Assembly (NCBI RefSeq): GCF_006345805.1
Contig: NC_043015.1
Span: 20,646,001-20,710,000 of the forward strand
DNA: 64,000 nucleotides
Direction of reading: 5' to 3'
From: Octopus sinensis
Taxonomy: Eukaryota
A program made the position numbers and the translations under genes. Numbering within the stretch: position 1 is the stretch's first letter; the number at the start of each line of letters is the position of its first letter. The notes under the pieces were generated by a model. That model made no database searches. It saw only the letters and a program-made list of their open reading frames with translations, and was not told where the DNA came from. Of the stretch, positions 63,781-64,000 are shown piece by piece.

Positions 63781-64000
63781 GTAACTTCTATATGATTACA
63801 TTATTTGATCGATATCCCCCCAAAAAAGAAAAGCAAAGTTGACCAGTGTGAATTTGATCATAGGAAATAATTCATGGTGGTCCGCTCGACGCACCAGTGA
63901 CTGCCAAAACCTTGCTCTTAAATTTTTTTCTAGAGCATTGAATTAGGCCATTAAATCCTTTGGAAAGAAAGGCAACGTTAACCTTACCCCACTTGAATTA

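Overview
AT-rich, microsatellite-saturated animal DNA. The tRNA-derived SINE designs and the density of TA/CA/TATG/TAA/GAT repeats suggest an octopus or other cephalopod genome (inference). I found no convincing host protein-coding gene: nearly every entry in the ORF track is a translated microsatellite or a transposon fossil. Identifiable content: (1) four fragments of restriction-like-endonuclease (R4/Dong-like) non-LTR retrotransposons, two stacked in (TAA)n arrays; (2) a CR1-type LINE 3' fragment; (3) two Penelope-like element (PLE) fossils, one with an inverted terminal repeat, plus several degenerate minimal hammerhead-ribozyme motifs; (4) an internally deleted mariner and a mariner-type MITE; (5) dozens of copies of several SINE families with shuffled heads and tails; (6) an unclassified ~540-bp element flanked on both sides by (AAT)n; (7) direct and inverted duplications whose junctions lie in microsatellites; (8) a 100-N assembly gap. 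Family names come from motifs recognised by eye, not from database searches, and boundaries of degenerate elements are approximate.
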